NCBI RefSeq assembly: GCF_003918875.1
Contig: NW_025764892.1
Coordinates: 930,001-994,000 of the forward strand
Direction: 5' to 3'
Source of the DNA: Haliotis rubra
Lineage: Eukaryota
DNA: 64,000 nt
Position numbers and translations under genes: made by a program. Each line of letters opens with the position of its first letter. Position 1 is the first letter of the stretch. The notes below the pieces were generated by a model that saw nothing but the letters and a program-made list of their open reading frames with translations, was not told the origin of the DNA and made no database searches. This document shows, piece by piece, positions 63,964 to 64,000 of the stretch.

Positions 63964-64000
63964 CTGAAAATAAGTAATTCAGTAAGTAACTTAACCATGT

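Overview
AT-rich, repeat-dense animal genomic DNA. The SINE/LINE complement looks molluscan and abalone-like, but that is an inference. Most short ORFs in the track are spurious; the real genes are spliced and were rebuilt by hand from GT-AG sites and intron phases. (1) An intact 5-exon, 465-aa type-I EGF-repeat receptor (MEGF10/SCARF/Draper-like), minus strand, 9069-13261. (2) A head-to-head paralog starting 523 bp away (13784+) with one in-frame TGA at a cysteine position, a Tc1 in intron 2 and a duplicated tail exon. (3) A 3-exon, 138-aa secreted SVWC-domain (Vago/granularin-like) gene, 31113-36711, whose second intron holds a 2.9-kb compound minisatellite, the source of the long fake ORFs. 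(4) Two paralogous 84-aa single-pass membrane microproteins (42440-43624, 51333-52591) sharing the motif V-x-EMAKAFDRAS-x3-SP-x-ITGR-x3/4-KQRI; the ORF track does not show this motif. (5) The 3' six exons of an unidentified minus-strand gene (56398-63963) with a frameshifted Gln-rich exon. Mobile DNA: an RNase H-bearing I-group LINE and several 3' fragments, two SINE families sharing its 3' tail, two dead Tc1 elements, Penelope-like inverted termini with hammerhead-like cores, pogo- and THAP-type relics, and several MITEs.
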